This document shows, one piece after another, positions 39,594-49,043 of a stretch of DNA of 64,000 bases. The translations under genes were made by a program, and so were the position numbers. The stretch lies in IMG/VR virus record IMGVR_UViG_3300007345_000003; one strand, written 5' to 3'. The first letter of the stretch is position 1. The number at the start of each line of letters is the position of its first letter. The stretch is from an uncultured virus (IMG/VR IMGVR_UViG_3300007345_000003) (Duplodnaviria > Heunggongvirae > Uroviricota > Caudoviricetes > Crassvirales). The notes beneath the pieces were generated by a model. That model had not been told where the DNA came from, did no database searches, and saw only the letters and a program-made list of their open reading frames with translations.

Positions 39594-41594
39594 TCACTTG
39601 CGCTTTCTGCGCTTCTTTCGTCTATCTATCATTCCTCCTCTTCTACGTAGTGACTTGAGCGAGTTAAGTCCAAACTCGTAAGCTTTCATATCTTCAAAAG
39701 ATATGTAGCCTGGAGCGGCTTTATCTAAGTTAATTGGTTGGGGTCCTCGTGATGCTCCTGCTCTAGATATCAAAGGTTCAGAGCTGCCGGGGAGTGAAAT
39801 GTTTAGCCTTCCTTGATCAGCGTGTACATCAAAGCTTTGTCGTATTCTTATAGGTTTCCCGCCCAGCGTTTCAAATACCTCAGTATTGAAGAGTTTATTT
39901 TTTGCCCGTTCTGGGAGTTTGTTTATTGCTTTTTTAGCTCTATTAGGAAGTCTGTCCAAGAGTGGAGAGGTTGTTCCTTGTTGAAACGGTTGGAGATCCC
40001 AGTCATCAACCATATCTACTCTCATACCCTTATTCATTGGGGTTGTCTCTATTCTGTATCCACCCATCACACCATATAGGTCATCAGTGTATCCTACAGA
40101 TACACCTTTATTTCCTTTAAGACTTGCTTTACCAGCTGCCAGGTGTTCCCCGAATGGTATCTTAGGTCCATGTTTCCATTCATCTGAGAGAGGTGCTGTC
40201 CATTTTCCTCGTGCAATCAAATCTTTCTTTACAGCTTTGGGTATCTGAATGTCTCCCACATTGGACGCTGCAAAGTCAAGTTGGTCAGGGTCTCTTAGCT
40301 TAACCTCTCGTCCGCTGACTCCGGAAGGTTTGTATGAACCATACCGTTGTTCTTTTCCAAGACTTAACCGAACTGCATCAATTCTGTTTTCAATTTGATC
40401 TCGTTGATTTTTTGGTATTCTATCATACGGCACAATCGGATTTATGCCCCTGCCCCTGTGTGCCCGGAATACGTTTTCTACTTGTTTCTTCTTGCTGAAT
40501 ACACTTTGCAAAGTTTCTTTTGGGCCCAGAGACTTTTTACCGTACCCAAAAGGAACTTTAGAGTAGGTCAACCCAAATCTAGCGGGGGCTCTAAACAGTC
40601 CTAGGGCACCCTTTCCCGTCATAAATGCACCTGCAGGATCAAATGCTATATCTGCTGCTACTGCTTTAGCCCCAGTTAGGCCTAGTGTTGTAGACGGGGA
40701 GTAGTTTTCTTGTTTTATACCTCTGGCTGCATCTGTGTAGGCAAACGGGTTTGTATTTATTTTCTTTCCTGTAGCAGCATTGAGGAGTGCGCCTGTAGTA
40801 ACTCTACCCGGCCATGACATTGCATCTGTAGCTACGTTTATCATGTTGTTGCCTGCAGTATTGATGTCTTCTCTTACCCCAGACTCAAACTTTTTTCGCT
40901 TAGACTTATCTGTCTTGGCGTAGTCTCCTACAATGCCTGACCCTGTTCTTTTAACAGCGTCTTCTACAGAGTCTAATCCTTTCCTGTCTTTCTTTGCTAC
41001 TACCTCTGCTGTCCCTAACAAGACGGGCATTTGAGTGCCGTCTTCAAACGTCATGATTCTGGTGCCTGGAACTGTATTCTTATCCAGCTTGTGTTTTTCT
41101 GACCACGTCAAGGATACTTTTTGCTTCTCCTCTTTATTATCGTCCTTAGCCCCACCAGTCTGCATCTTTTTTACTTCTCCCCCTTTTTGATACGTAGCTG
41201 GGGTTTCTATCACGGTACCGTGATTTGGTCCCGTAGGCAAGTTGGTTATGCCGGGGGGTACATTCTCGTATGACTGTATCAGATGTCCCTGCTCATCTAC
41301 TTTCTTAATGTTGATAGGTGCTTTCATACCTATCGTATTGAACGGGGTATTAGGAGGGACGTCAGGGAAGACCATAGTTTGATTGAACTCCCCGGCTTTG
41401 TGGTAGGGCCTCAGCCCTTCTTTCTGTTGTTCAGGCGTTTCTGCAACCAGCGGCTTAGCCTGTTCTTGTTGCTGTCTATGTTCAGCCAACAAATCGGTAC
41501 CCTGAGCGTAGGCCTTGTATACGTCAAGTATAGAGCCCTCCATACCGGATGCTCTAAACTCCTCTAGCAATCTCCTACGATCAGCGTTTGTCAT
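39594..41594 (-). CDS. Hypothetical protein (666 aa), probable packaged cargo
   Basis: Between portal and scaffold; YQKGG, MQTGG and RRRGG motifs; Arg/Lys-rich C-terminus. Confidence 0.6.
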   Translation of the reverse strand: MTNADRRRLLEEFRASGMEGSILDVYKAYAQGTDLLAEHRQQQEQAKPLVAETPEQQKEGLRPYHKAGEFNQTMVFPDVPPNTPFNTIGMKAPINIKKVDEQGHLIQSYENVPPGITNLPTGPNHGTVIETPATYQKGGEVKKMQTGGAKDDNKEEKQKVSLTWSEKHKLDKNTVPGTRIMTFEDGTQMPVLLGTAEVVAKKDRKGLDSVEDAVKRTGSGIVGDYAKTDKSKRKKFESGVREDINTAGNNMINVATDAMSWPGRVTTGALLNAATGKKINTNPFAYTDAARGIKQENYSPSTTLGLTGAKAVAADIAFDPAGAFMTGKGALGLFRAPARFGLTYSKVPFGYGKKSLGPKETLQSVFSKKKQVENVFRAHRGRGINPIVPYDRIPKNQRDQIENRIDAVRLSLGKEQRYGSYKPSGVSGREVKLRDPDQLDFAASNVGDIQIPKAVKKDLIARGKWTAPLSDEWKHGPKIPFGEHLAAGKASLKGNKGVSVGYTDDLYGVMGGYRIETTPMNKGMRVDMVDDWDLQPFQQGTTSPLLDRLPNRAKKAINKLPERAKNKLFNTEVFETLGGKPIRIRQSFDVHADQGRLNISLPGSSEPLISRAGASRGPQPINLDKAAPGYISFEDMKAYEFGLNSLKSLRRRGGMIDRRKKRRKRK

Positions 41595-43804
41595 TCTCCG
41601 TCAGGTCTTAGGTCACCCTCTTTGTTAAGGGCTTGCTGCTTAAGATCTAGCTCTCTCTGCTTTATCTCAAAGTTCTGCTGCATCTTGGCCATGTCAATGT
41701 TCAGCCTATCCTGATTGTCTGAAGCTTCAGCTTTGATAAGCGCCAACTCGATCTGCAACTGTCTGTCCTTCTCTTTGTCGACAGCCTGCTGCTGTATCTG
41801 CATCTGCTGAGTCTTCTGCTGTTCAACTTGAGCTTGCTGTTGAGCTTGCTGTTGTTGTTGCTCCAACTCTTTCTGTGCTTTCTCAGCTTTCTTGATCTTA
41901 TCCTTGATGCCTGCGTAGTTCTCAGTATCGAACAGGTCAAGTACTGCAGAAGCTGGTACCCCGTTCTGAATCATAGATTGAGACAACATCTTAGCTTGTT
42001 CAAGCTTGTCTTGGTCTCTACCTGCATCAGACACGAAGATGCCGTACTCTGTCTCCATGTGTTGCATAGAGTCGATGTCGATCATTTCAGTAGTCATGTC
42101 AGGCATAACGTACATGGCCTTCTTACCTGAGAGCCAGGCTTCTTTCGAGTAATCGATCAAGCCTTGCAACTCACGTTGTTCAAAGCGTGCATACTTACGG
42201 AAGATGTCTTCGGTGATATGCGATGACTGTACGATTGCCTGCTGTGATGTAGCCTTGCCTTCGTACGGCCCGATACCACCTTGTCTTTGTCTGTTGACTC
42301 CTGATATCTTCTCCCACTCCTGCATGATGGACTCGAGAAGATTGAGATACTGGTCGATTGTCTTGATAGACATGTCAAGTACAGACTGGTGCTGCGGTGA
42401 CAGCTGTATCCCTTCTTTGTTGTAATCTACCCACGCGATACCTGTACCTTCTACGAAGTACATGAACTTATCCATGTCCCACTTCTTGGGTATCATGTTG
42501 ATGTCAAACTGGGCTATGATGTCTTTTGATCTTGCGATCGCCAACTCCATTCTATACTTAAAGATGTTGTAGTTGAGCTGGAATGGGACACCCAGTGATA
42601 CAATTGATATGTTGTCAGCGTTGATGTCTGAGTACTTTCGTCCATTGACTGGTAGTTTGCAGAGTGATGGGTTGTCAAGTGATGTACGTTGGTTGGAGAT
42701 GGGGTTCATCTTGATGTAGAAGTCCCCGTCTATACGCGTGCCTTCCCACACCTCATTGACCCACTCGTATTTAATCTTAGCTCCTTGTTCTTTTAGTTCT
42801 TGCGGGATACGGAATCCGTCCTCAACCTGCATCTCTTCGATGACTCCTGTGACTTTGTCTTTGTAAGACAAGAACCCAATGCGCTTGCGTGACTTCCAGT
42901 ATACAGTAACTACTTCGATAAGTCTGTTTCTATAGATGTTGTCATCTGACCCTGTAGCCTCTGATCTGTACAACAAGTAAGACTCAGTAGACTGCTGCTT
43001 TGGGTTCTCCAACTGCAACACCTGTTCAGGCGTGAGATACGGGCTGAACATGTCCACTGCGCTTGATGCGTGCACAAACTTTCTGATGATGGCCCAGTCC
43101 CCGTCCTCCACGAACTCAATGTCTGGGTCTTTATCGAAGTCTATATCAAGAGGGTTAAGTATCTCGTAGAATGGTTCTGCATTACGCACGCCTTTGTGCG
43201 AGTACACCTCACCCGTCACCAGGTAGTGGAAGAACCCTTTCTGGAACTTGTCGTATATCTCCTGATGCTGCATGATGTAGTTCAACGCAGCCTGTCCTTT
43301 GATGGCTCTGTTGTCTACGTATGTACGCTCGAACTGCTCCAGTACTTCTTCTGGGAGTGGGATCTCTTCGGGGTTGCCTACAAGGTCTGAGTTTCTAGCC
43401 AGTTCATTCAAGAACATCTTCTGAACCTGAGTAAACAATGCTTGCTTCTTAGCCTCTTCTTTGCGAGTGACTGCATCTGCATTGGCTATGATAACGCTGT
43501 AGTTCAGAGGTCTCTTGGACTTCTCCCCCAGCAGCAGGTCAATGATGGGCTTGATGATTGGGTAGTTGCGCAGCTTTGATGGGAAGTTGCTTCTCGTTTT
43601 CCCGTACGGCTTAAGCACATACTTGTAGTCATCGTCATCGATGTTACCGTTGTAGTATTCATACAAGGCTTTCAGTCTGGAGCGGCGCTCTGACAGACCA
43701 AACTTAGACATATCTATGTAGGCTTCAACGCATTCCTCTGCCCACTTCTTCGTCTTCTTTGACCTCGGGATACGCTGTTGCGGTATTTTATGGGTACCGT
43801 ACAT
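41591..43804 (-). CDS. Portal protein
   Basis: 737 aa directly after TerL; YY.G......Y.Y...PY, NYPII.P.I..L.GE..R, W.NEVWEG.RI and G...QR.G motifs; Gln-rich coiled-coil barrel. Confidence 0.9.
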   Translation of the reverse strand: MYGTHKIPQQRIPRSKKTKKWAEECVEAYIDMSKFGLSERRSRLKALYEYYNGNIDDDDYKYVLKPYGKTRSNFPSKLRNYPIIKPIIDLLLGEKSKRPLNYSVIIANADAVTRKEEAKKQALFTQVQKMFLNELARNSDLVGNPEEIPLPEEVLEQFERTYVDNRAIKGQAALNYIMQHQEIYDKFQKGFFHYLVTGEVYSHKGVRNAEPFYEILNPLDIDFDKDPDIEFVEDGDWAIIRKFVHASSAVDMFSPYLTPEQVLQLENPKQQSTESYLLYRSEATGSDDNIYRNRLIEVVTVYWKSRKRIGFLSYKDKVTGVIEEMQVEDGFRIPQELKEQGAKIKYEWVNEVWEGTRIDGDFYIKMNPISNQRTSLDNPSLCKLPVNGRKYSDINADNISIVSLGVPFQLNYNIFKYRMELAIARSKDIIAQFDINMIPKKWDMDKFMYFVEGTGIAWVDYNKEGIQLSPQHQSVLDMSIKTIDQYLNLLESIMQEWEKISGVNRQRQGGIGPYEGKATSQQAIVQSSHITEDIFRKYARFEQRELQGLIDYSKEAWLSGKKAMYVMPDMTTEMIDIDSMQHMETEYGIFVSDAGRDQDKLEQAKMLSQSMIQNGVPASAVLDLFDTENYAGIKDKIKKAEKAQKELEQQQQQAQQQAQVEQQKTQQMQIQQQAVDKEKDRQLQIELALIKAEASDNQDRLNIDMAKMQQNFEIKQRELDLKQQALNKEGDLRPDGE

Positions 43805-43814
43805 CTGGCTAAAA

Positions 43815-45767
43815 TTACTTATAAATACGGTCGAACCAGTCGTCCGTAGATCTATCGGATAGAATTTCGGTTACCTCTCTATTATATAACTCTCGCGTGT
43901 GGTACATACCCACCATGAAAGCCATTACCCTATCGAAGTTTCCTCTGTGGTTAAATTTAATCAATTCTTGGAGAAGTCCGGGATCGTATATCTTATGCAA
44001 GTTAAGTGTTACGTTACCGTCTTCATCTGTGTGTCTTGGTGTCACCAACCAGTCTCTGATGTACAACTCTCCCTGCCGCTTCCGCTGCTCGGTCATGTGC
44101 ATCCCGTACTGGCGTCTTACATTTCTGGATCGCAGTTCTCGCTTGTCCAGCATTTCAAATTCTTCTTGTAGCTTATGTAGTTTGCGATATCTCTTCGCGT
44201 AAGCAATGAGCTCTCCACGGTCGTTCTCGAACCCGATTTTTGCGTTGTAGTACTCCGCCAACATAAATAGATTGCGGTTGTACTCATCCTGTGTTTGTGG
44301 TCTCCCGACATAGCTTGCTACTATTATATCATCCGGCTTGGATAGATTGTTTGGTCTCTTGATGACGTATGCAGCCCCAAGCGATTCATTGCTCGTAGAC
44401 TTTGACTGAGCATAAGGGTCATGGCAGATAAGATACAAATTGTGAGGCACTTCTTTTTCGTTCGTTAGGTAGGGTGCTTCGTATACCACTACCGCCCCCT
44501 CTGTCTTATCCCCTTTTCTGTGTGGGAACTTGTAGACTGGTTGGACATCTCCAGATGGTCGGAACGATGCCTTCCCGTCTTTGTCGTAGTACATTACTCC
44601 TGCTGTCCCCTCAGTCTGTAGGCCATGAGCTTTAACCTTGTTATACTGCTCTTTAAGACTGTTGACATCAAAAAGATTTGCTGTGACTTGTAGCGTCGCT
44701 TCTTGAGGGGTGAATGGGTGCTCCGCGACGTACTGGTCAAGCGCCTTTGGGTCATTAGCTCCCTTCTTCTTCTCCCTTTGTATCTCTTCATGTTTCTTGG
44801 CTTCTTCTATCATAGAGTTACCGTTCTCATCTATGAACCCGTCTAGGTTTTGGTAGATTGGGACAAAGTATCCGCAGACAGTTCCCATAGCTCCTGCATC
44901 CCACTCGTTGTCAAATGCCATGCAATCATACGACTCAGGGTGGTAGAACAATTCCTCCATACCCTCGAACCCAGAGCCCTCTTCACCACCCGTACCGAAT
45001 GCTATCATGGTACCCAGTGTCTTTGAGCCCTGACGCATTGTAGGCATAGCCACTTCCCAAGCTTTCAGCAGTCCTCCGAATGAACCTGCCTCCTCAAAGA
45101 AAATCAGATCACCTGCTTTACCACGGACTTTGTCTGGGTTATCCTTCAACGATACCCCTATGATTTGGGACTTCATCCCAAGTTCAACATCTGCCCCGTT
45201 TACGTTCTTCTTGTACCCGGATTGTTTGTGCATCTCACGGTCACGCAGGCGAGGTTGCGTCCATGCCGTGTTGTCGTCTATGAATGACAGGAAGTCCCAA
45301 GCTTTGCTGAGCAGTCCATCCCCGATCAGGTACTCTTTCTGCGAGGCGAACACATAGTTCTTGGAGTTACGCATCAGGAAGTAGTTCCTGGCTAGCATAG
45401 CCCCAGCTTTGTACGAGAAACCTTTACGTCTTGCTTTCAAGACGACCATATGCCTGTTTGTTTTTCTGCACTCGTCTACCGCAGTGAAGTACTGGTGGTC
45501 TCCGTCGTAGAAGGCAGGAAATGTTCTGTCTCTTCGGGCGATCTTGGTACCATCTGCCAGGAACTCGTCTACGACTCGGTCTATAGGGCAGAAGTTTAGG
45601 TAGAAATAGTGATACCCCGTTATGTCTAAATATCCCTGCGTGCATCTCTCTTTCTGTTCGTCCCAGTAGTCGTAGTACTCTCGCGTGCCCGGCAACGCAT
45701 CGGTGTAGAACCCGAAGTCTAGGTAGTGCTGAGCAGCAGGTGAGTATTTACTGGAGTTTTTGAACAT
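43815..45767 (-). CDS. terL: Terminase large subunit
   Basis: ITGYHYFYLNF, Walker A KARRKGFSY, Walker B IFFEEAG, GTGG coupling motif; nuclease DPY...ENDR...NFDRV; no intron or intein apparent. Confidence 0.92.
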   Translation of the reverse strand: MFKNSSKYSPAAQHYLDFGFYTDALPGTREYYDYWDEQKERCTQGYLDITGYHYFYLNFCPIDRVVDEFLADGTKIARRDRTFPAFYDGDHQYFTAVDECRKTNRHMVVLKARRKGFSYKAGAMLARNYFLMRNSKNYVFASQKEYLIGDGLLSKAWDFLSFIDDNTAWTQPRLRDREMHKQSGYKKNVNGADVELGMKSQIIGVSLKDNPDKVRGKAGDLIFFEEAGSFGGLLKAWEVAMPTMRQGSKTLGTMIAFGTGGEEGSGFEGMEELFYHPESYDCMAFDNEWDAGAMGTVCGYFVPIYQNLDGFIDENGNSMIEEAKKHEEIQREKKKGANDPKALDQYVAEHPFTPQEATLQVTANLFDVNSLKEQYNKVKAHGLQTEGTAGVMYYDKDGKASFRPSGDVQPVYKFPHRKGDKTEGAVVVYEAPYLTNEKEVPHNLYLICHDPYAQSKSTSNESLGAAYVIKRPNNLSKPDDIIVASYVGRPQTQDEYNRNLFMLAEYYNAKIGFENDRGELIAYAKRYRKLHKLQEEFEMLDKRELRSRNVRRQYGMHMTEQRKRQGELYIRDWLVTPRHTDEDGNVTLNLHKIYDPGLLQELIKFNHRGNFDRVMAFMVGMYHTRELYNREVTEILSDRSTDDWFDRIYK

Positions 45768-46143
45768 ACGTTTTTATTTTGCTCCAACCCATAGCAGTTT
45801 CAGACTGCAACTCTAGTTCGCTAACTGATAGAGCTATGTAGTCTTTGTTAAGCTTAGCTTGTTCGTTAAGCATCACGCCTCTTCGGTACTTGCTGGAACT
45901 CCATATATATATCACATGTATCTTTCTTTCTTTGATGTGGTCCAGTTGTTTGATGGCTATGTCCTTCTGTATCACTGGATTAACAAAGACAGACTTAGAC
46001 CTCAGAAGAGCGCAGTCATAGTAGCAAGCTGACAGTTCTCTGACATGCAGGGGTTTGCGCGAACACTTCACTCCCAGGTCACTTATAAAAGCTTTCACTT
46101 TCTTCTTGAGCTGATTGGATGCTCCTACGATTGCTATCTTCAT
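45748..46143 (-). CDS. Hypothetical protein (131 aa)
   Basis: Fills the gap with overlapping start/stop; N-terminal KIAIVGAS beta-alpha start; function unclear. Confidence 0.5.
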   Translation of the reverse strand: MKIAIVGASNQLKKKVKAFISDLGVKCSRKPLHVRELSACYYDCALLRSKSVFVNPVIQKDIAIKQLDHIKERKIHVIYIWSSSKYRRGVMLNEQAKLNKDYIALSVSELELQSETAMGWSKIKTYVQKLQ

Positions 46144-46637
46144 TGTGAGTACTTGTTAGTTATCACTCCTCCTCTGTTGGGGTTGTCCTTTTGTTCGTGT
46201 TTCTTGACTATGGCTTCCAGTTCTTCCAAACCGTTTACGACTTTACCCATGTTTGCCAAGTTGGCTATCAGGTCTTTGGCGTGGTAGATTGGTTTGCCGT
46301 GGTCATCTAAAACGTTCAAGTTAATTGTGGCAAAGTACCTCTCCAGTTTAGTTACCGAACTACGTGCAGATTTAAGTAGCTTGATAGCTGAGGTTTCTGA
46401 TAGTTCCTTATATTTATCTATTGCCCCCATCACTTTTGGGGTGAACTTAACCTTGAGATCCTTACCTATTTTAGTTTGTCTCTCTTCTTCCTCATACACA
46501 GCGTAGGGGGAGCGGTGGTCCGTGTAGAAGTATACAGCGCCCAGCTCCTGCCCTTTCAGACTCTTGAATTCGTCGATGGTCAGTGCGTACGCGCTTGGGA
46601 TAACTACGTTGTTACTAACAGTTATCAAGTCTCTCAT
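46140..46637 (-). CDS. Conserved hypothetical protein upstream of TerL (small-terminase-like position)
   Basis: VYF..D.RSPY..Y...ER, A..KY.....T...KLL..A and C-terminal RGG motifs. Confidence 0.6.
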   Translation of the reverse strand: MRDLITVSNNVVIPSAYALTIDEFKSLKGQELGAVYFYTDHRSPYAVYEEEERQTKIGKDLKVKFTPKVMGAIDKYKELSETSAIKLLKSARSSVTKLERYFATINLNVLDDHGKPIYHAKDLIANLANMGKVVNGLEELEAIVKKHEQKDNPNRGGVITNKYSQ

Positions 46638-47155
46638 GGGTAGGTTTCTTGAGTGCCATCGAACTCCTCTCTGTAAACCACTACGACTGTTAAATTCAGA
46701 TCCGTCTCGTTCAGGTTTGGTGAAGTGGTTTCGCCGTAATATGAACTGCCGTCGCCCTCAGGGCCCAGGTCCCAGGACCCAGCTTGCACCGCTGTATTTC
46801 TCTTCACCTCGCCTGCCTGCAGGTTGTAGAATGGTGGGTCTGCATACGTATCAGCTATAGTGAAGACTATAGACTTACCTGTCATTATCTCCTCCCACAT
46901 CTTTATTATAGAACCCCAGGCCCCACCCTGAACGTCCTCGAAGCGGATTTTAACTACGTCTATTTCGTTTGTAGCATTTGTTCCGCTACCTCCACCACCT
47001 TCTTGGCGCAGCATAGTACCAAAATATATTTCTACATAGTTCCCAGATACTCTACGTATACCTCTGAATAGATTTGCGTGCCAGAAATGTTGGGTACCGT
47101 CACGCGTCCGGACTCGTATTAGTTTATCTGGTATTGTGCGATACTGATTGCTCAT
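46634..47155 (-). CDS. Hypothetical protein (173 aa)
   Basis: ORF in the operon with overlapping ends. Confidence 0.55.
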   Translation of the reverse strand: MSNQYRTIPDKLIRVRTRDGTQHFWHANLFRGIRRVSGNYVEIYFGTMLRQEGGGGSGTNATNEIDVVKIRFEDVQGGAWGSIIKMWEEIMTGKSIVFTIADTYADPPFYNLQAGEVKRNTAVQAGSWDLGPEGDGSSYYGETTSPNLNETDLNLTVVVVYREEFDGTQETYP

Positions 47156-47345
47156 TGTTCAAGTGTTTAAGTCGTCCTGGTAGGACGTGAAACTTACCAA
47201 GGAATGGTAATCTGACTGGTTCGAAGCTGCCCTCCTTTATTATGCGTGCAGTGTATTTGAATTGGTAGTAGACTGCCTCTTCAACTTTCTGCAGCGGGAG
47301 TGCATACTTAGTCGCTAGTCTTTGAATTATTATTTTTTCGCTCAT
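47124..47345 (-). CDS. Small HU/IHF-like DNA-binding protein (73 aa)
   Basis: II..LA....L....VE.........I..G....VRLP.LGKF pattern matches the HU fold. Confidence 0.6.
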   Translation of the reverse strand: MSEKIIIQRLATKYALPLQKVEEAVYYQFKYTARIIKEGSFEPVRLPFLGKFHVLPGRLKHLNNEQSVSHNTR

Positions 47346-47679
47346 TTCTCAGTTTCTGCAGTCTCCGCTTCTTGTACACAGCATTCTCTTTTGTCTTGGA
47401 CAGCTTGACTGTCTTTCCCCCACTACCTACAACCTGTGGCTTCCATCGATCGTCGGGGCACTTTGATGTTGCCCACTTTGCCTTGTGTTCTACCACACAT
47501 CCGCAGAGTCCGCACCTACCTTCTTTTTCTCTTAGGTGCTCACATCCATTGCATGTGTTCAGCCTGTCTTGGTAGTCGCTTTCGTTAACGTTAGGTGCTC
47601 CCTGCTTGGCGTATTCTACAGTTTCCTTAGCGAAATTCTTCACCATTTGGAACACTGATAACTTGTTCTTCTTGCTCAT
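47308..47679 (-). CDS. Zinc-ribbon-like protein (123 aa)
   Basis: RL..C..C.........C..CGC....K......CP...W Cys pattern. Confidence 0.7.
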   Translation of the reverse strand: MSKKNKLSVFQMVKNFAKETVEYAKQGAPNVNESDYQDRLNTCNGCEHLREKEGRCGLCGCVVEHKAKWATSKCPDDRWKPQVVGSGGKTVKLSKTKENAVYKKRRLQKLRNERKNNNSKTSD

Positions 47680-47750
47680 AGTCTAAATTAAAAATGATTA
47701 CTGTTGCTGAATCTCCTGAGGGCGAGTAGTACACTGATATAGCCCACGGG

Positions 47751-48098
47751 TCATAGATCCACCTTGTCTCTATTGGGCGTGGCATTCTGTATGCTTATGG
47801 TTACAACGTCTTCAGATATGGTCAACAGCTTAGATAGCTTATACCCGTTCTTGGTTTTCACTATCGCACCCTTGTCTTTCAGTCGCTTGACGTAGTTGTT
47901 CAGGGTGTTGGGGTCTTTGACATTCAGCTCTTTGGCTACGTTCTTCTTTGCATCTGCAGAGCAGAGGTTTACTGTCTTGCCCAGGTCAATGAAAGCAGAC
48001 AGTACCTGTAGCTCTTTATCTGTAAGCTCTAGTATACCGTTGAATACCTGCAAGAACTGGTATGTGGTTTTGACTGCTATATTAATATTCCTGGCCAT
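47751..48098 (-). CDS. Winged-helix (MarR-like) DNA-binding protein
   Basis: LT.KE..VL...VA.EL......LNNYVKRLKDKG.I pattern. Confidence 0.65.
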   Translation of the reverse strand: MARNINIAVKTTYQFLQVFNGILELTDKELQVLSAFIDLGKTVNLCSADAKKNVAKELNVKDPNTLNNYVKRLKDKGAIVKTKNGYKLSKLLTISEDVVTISIQNATPNRDKVDL

Positions 48099-48330
48099 CT
48101 CTGAAAACTATTTTGGCTCTCCCCTCATCTAGGTTTATTCTACACGTGGAGGATTGCCTGTTAAACTCATCTAGGTATTCTTGTATGTTCTCTCTTGTCA
48201 CCAAGAATGATAAGAATACCTCTAACTCTCTTGCCGCTCTTTGCAGCATTTGGTCTTTCTGGTCTGTGGCTTCTTTAGCGCTCCTCAGCTCATCGAAAGA
48301 CTTTAACGACACTGTGACGCTTCCCTCCAT
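48082..48330 (-). CDS. Hypothetical protein (82 aa)
   Basis: Coupled to groES; VT.SL..FDEL start. Confidence 0.55.
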   Translation of the reverse strand: MEGSVTVSLKSFDELRSAKEATDQKDQMLQRAARELEVFLSFLVTRENIQEYLDEFNRQSSTCRINLDEGRAKIVFRDGQEY

Positions 48331-48608
48331 TAGTTAGGGATAATACCGCAGATCATAAATTCGTTCACCATTACGTACTCCTTACCCTTTAGGTCTATAA
48401 TTAGACCTTCAGATGTAGGATGTACCATGACAGTGTCGCCCTCTTTGACCATCTCACACTTAGGTCCTGCGGCAACTACTTCAAGTATGTTCGTACGTAG
48501 TGAGTTTTCTGCACCCCCGTGCAGTGTAATACCGGATGCGGTCTTATTCTTACGTTGAACTGGGAGAACTACCCAGTCACGTGTGGGTTGGAAGTTGATC
48601 TTTGCCAT
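48330..48608 (-). CDS. groES: Co-chaperonin GroES (Cpn10)
   Basis: P..D.V.V....KTASGI.L......VVA.G.....VK.GD.V.........Y....E..I pattern. Confidence 0.88.
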   Translation of the reverse strand: MAKINFQPTRDWVVLPVQRKNKTASGITLHGGAENSLRTNILEVVAAGPKCEMVKEGDTVMVHPTSEGLIIDLKGKEYVMVNEFMICGIIPN

Positions 48609-48624
48609 TTGTGTTGGTTTTAGG

Positions 48625-48632
48625 CAAAGATA
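48625..48632 (-). promoter_or_regulatory. Bacteroidota -7 element (TATCTTTG)
   Basis: Exact TAnnTTTG match 16 nt upstream of the groES ATG. Confidence 0.65.
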
Positions 48633-48644
48633 TAAAAACTTGTC

Positions 48645-49043
48645 TTATATAAACAAGAGTAGTACAGTTCTTTTTCCCTCATGTGGGGTTACCATGTGCT
48701 CTACGTCAGAACTGTGGATGTAGGCTGAACGGTAAATCTTATCTTCTTTCCTGTCTCTGTAGGTAAGTGTGCCCCCAGTAAACTGATCTGGTTTGGATAG
48801 CAGTACACTTGCCCCATATCTGCACCAAAGCATGTGCTTTTTGCTGCCTGTGTCTATATGCCACCCGTGTCCTTGAGGCTTAGACTCTACTCTCCAATAA
48901 GAGTTTTCTGTAGGGGTAGCATCTATGTGAGCTAGCACTTTTTTGAGCGGTGCAGAATCCCAGGTACGATGCTTACCTGTAGGTTGTGCTTTTAACCAGT
49001 TTACGTCATCTTCGTCTATGACGTTGTCAACTCGTTTTCTCAT
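48645..49043 (-). CDS. 2OG-Fe(II) oxygenase superfamily protein (about 132 aa, probable start MRKRV)
   Basis: WHID, FTGG.L and H.VTP..G.R..L motifs (HxD...H...R). Confidence 0.8.
   Translation of the reverse strand: MRKRVDNVIDEDDVNWLKAQPTGKHRTWDSAPLKKVLAHIDATPTENSYWRVESKPQGHGWHIDTGSKKHMLWCRYGASVLLSKPDQFTGGTLTYRDRKEDKIYRSAYIHSSDVEHMVTPHEGKRTVLLLFI

Noticed and set aside
47627..47785. Possible 52-aa minus-strand ORF (MPRPIETRWIYDPW...)
   Set aside because: It fills a small gap but overlaps both neighbours and has no recognisable motif
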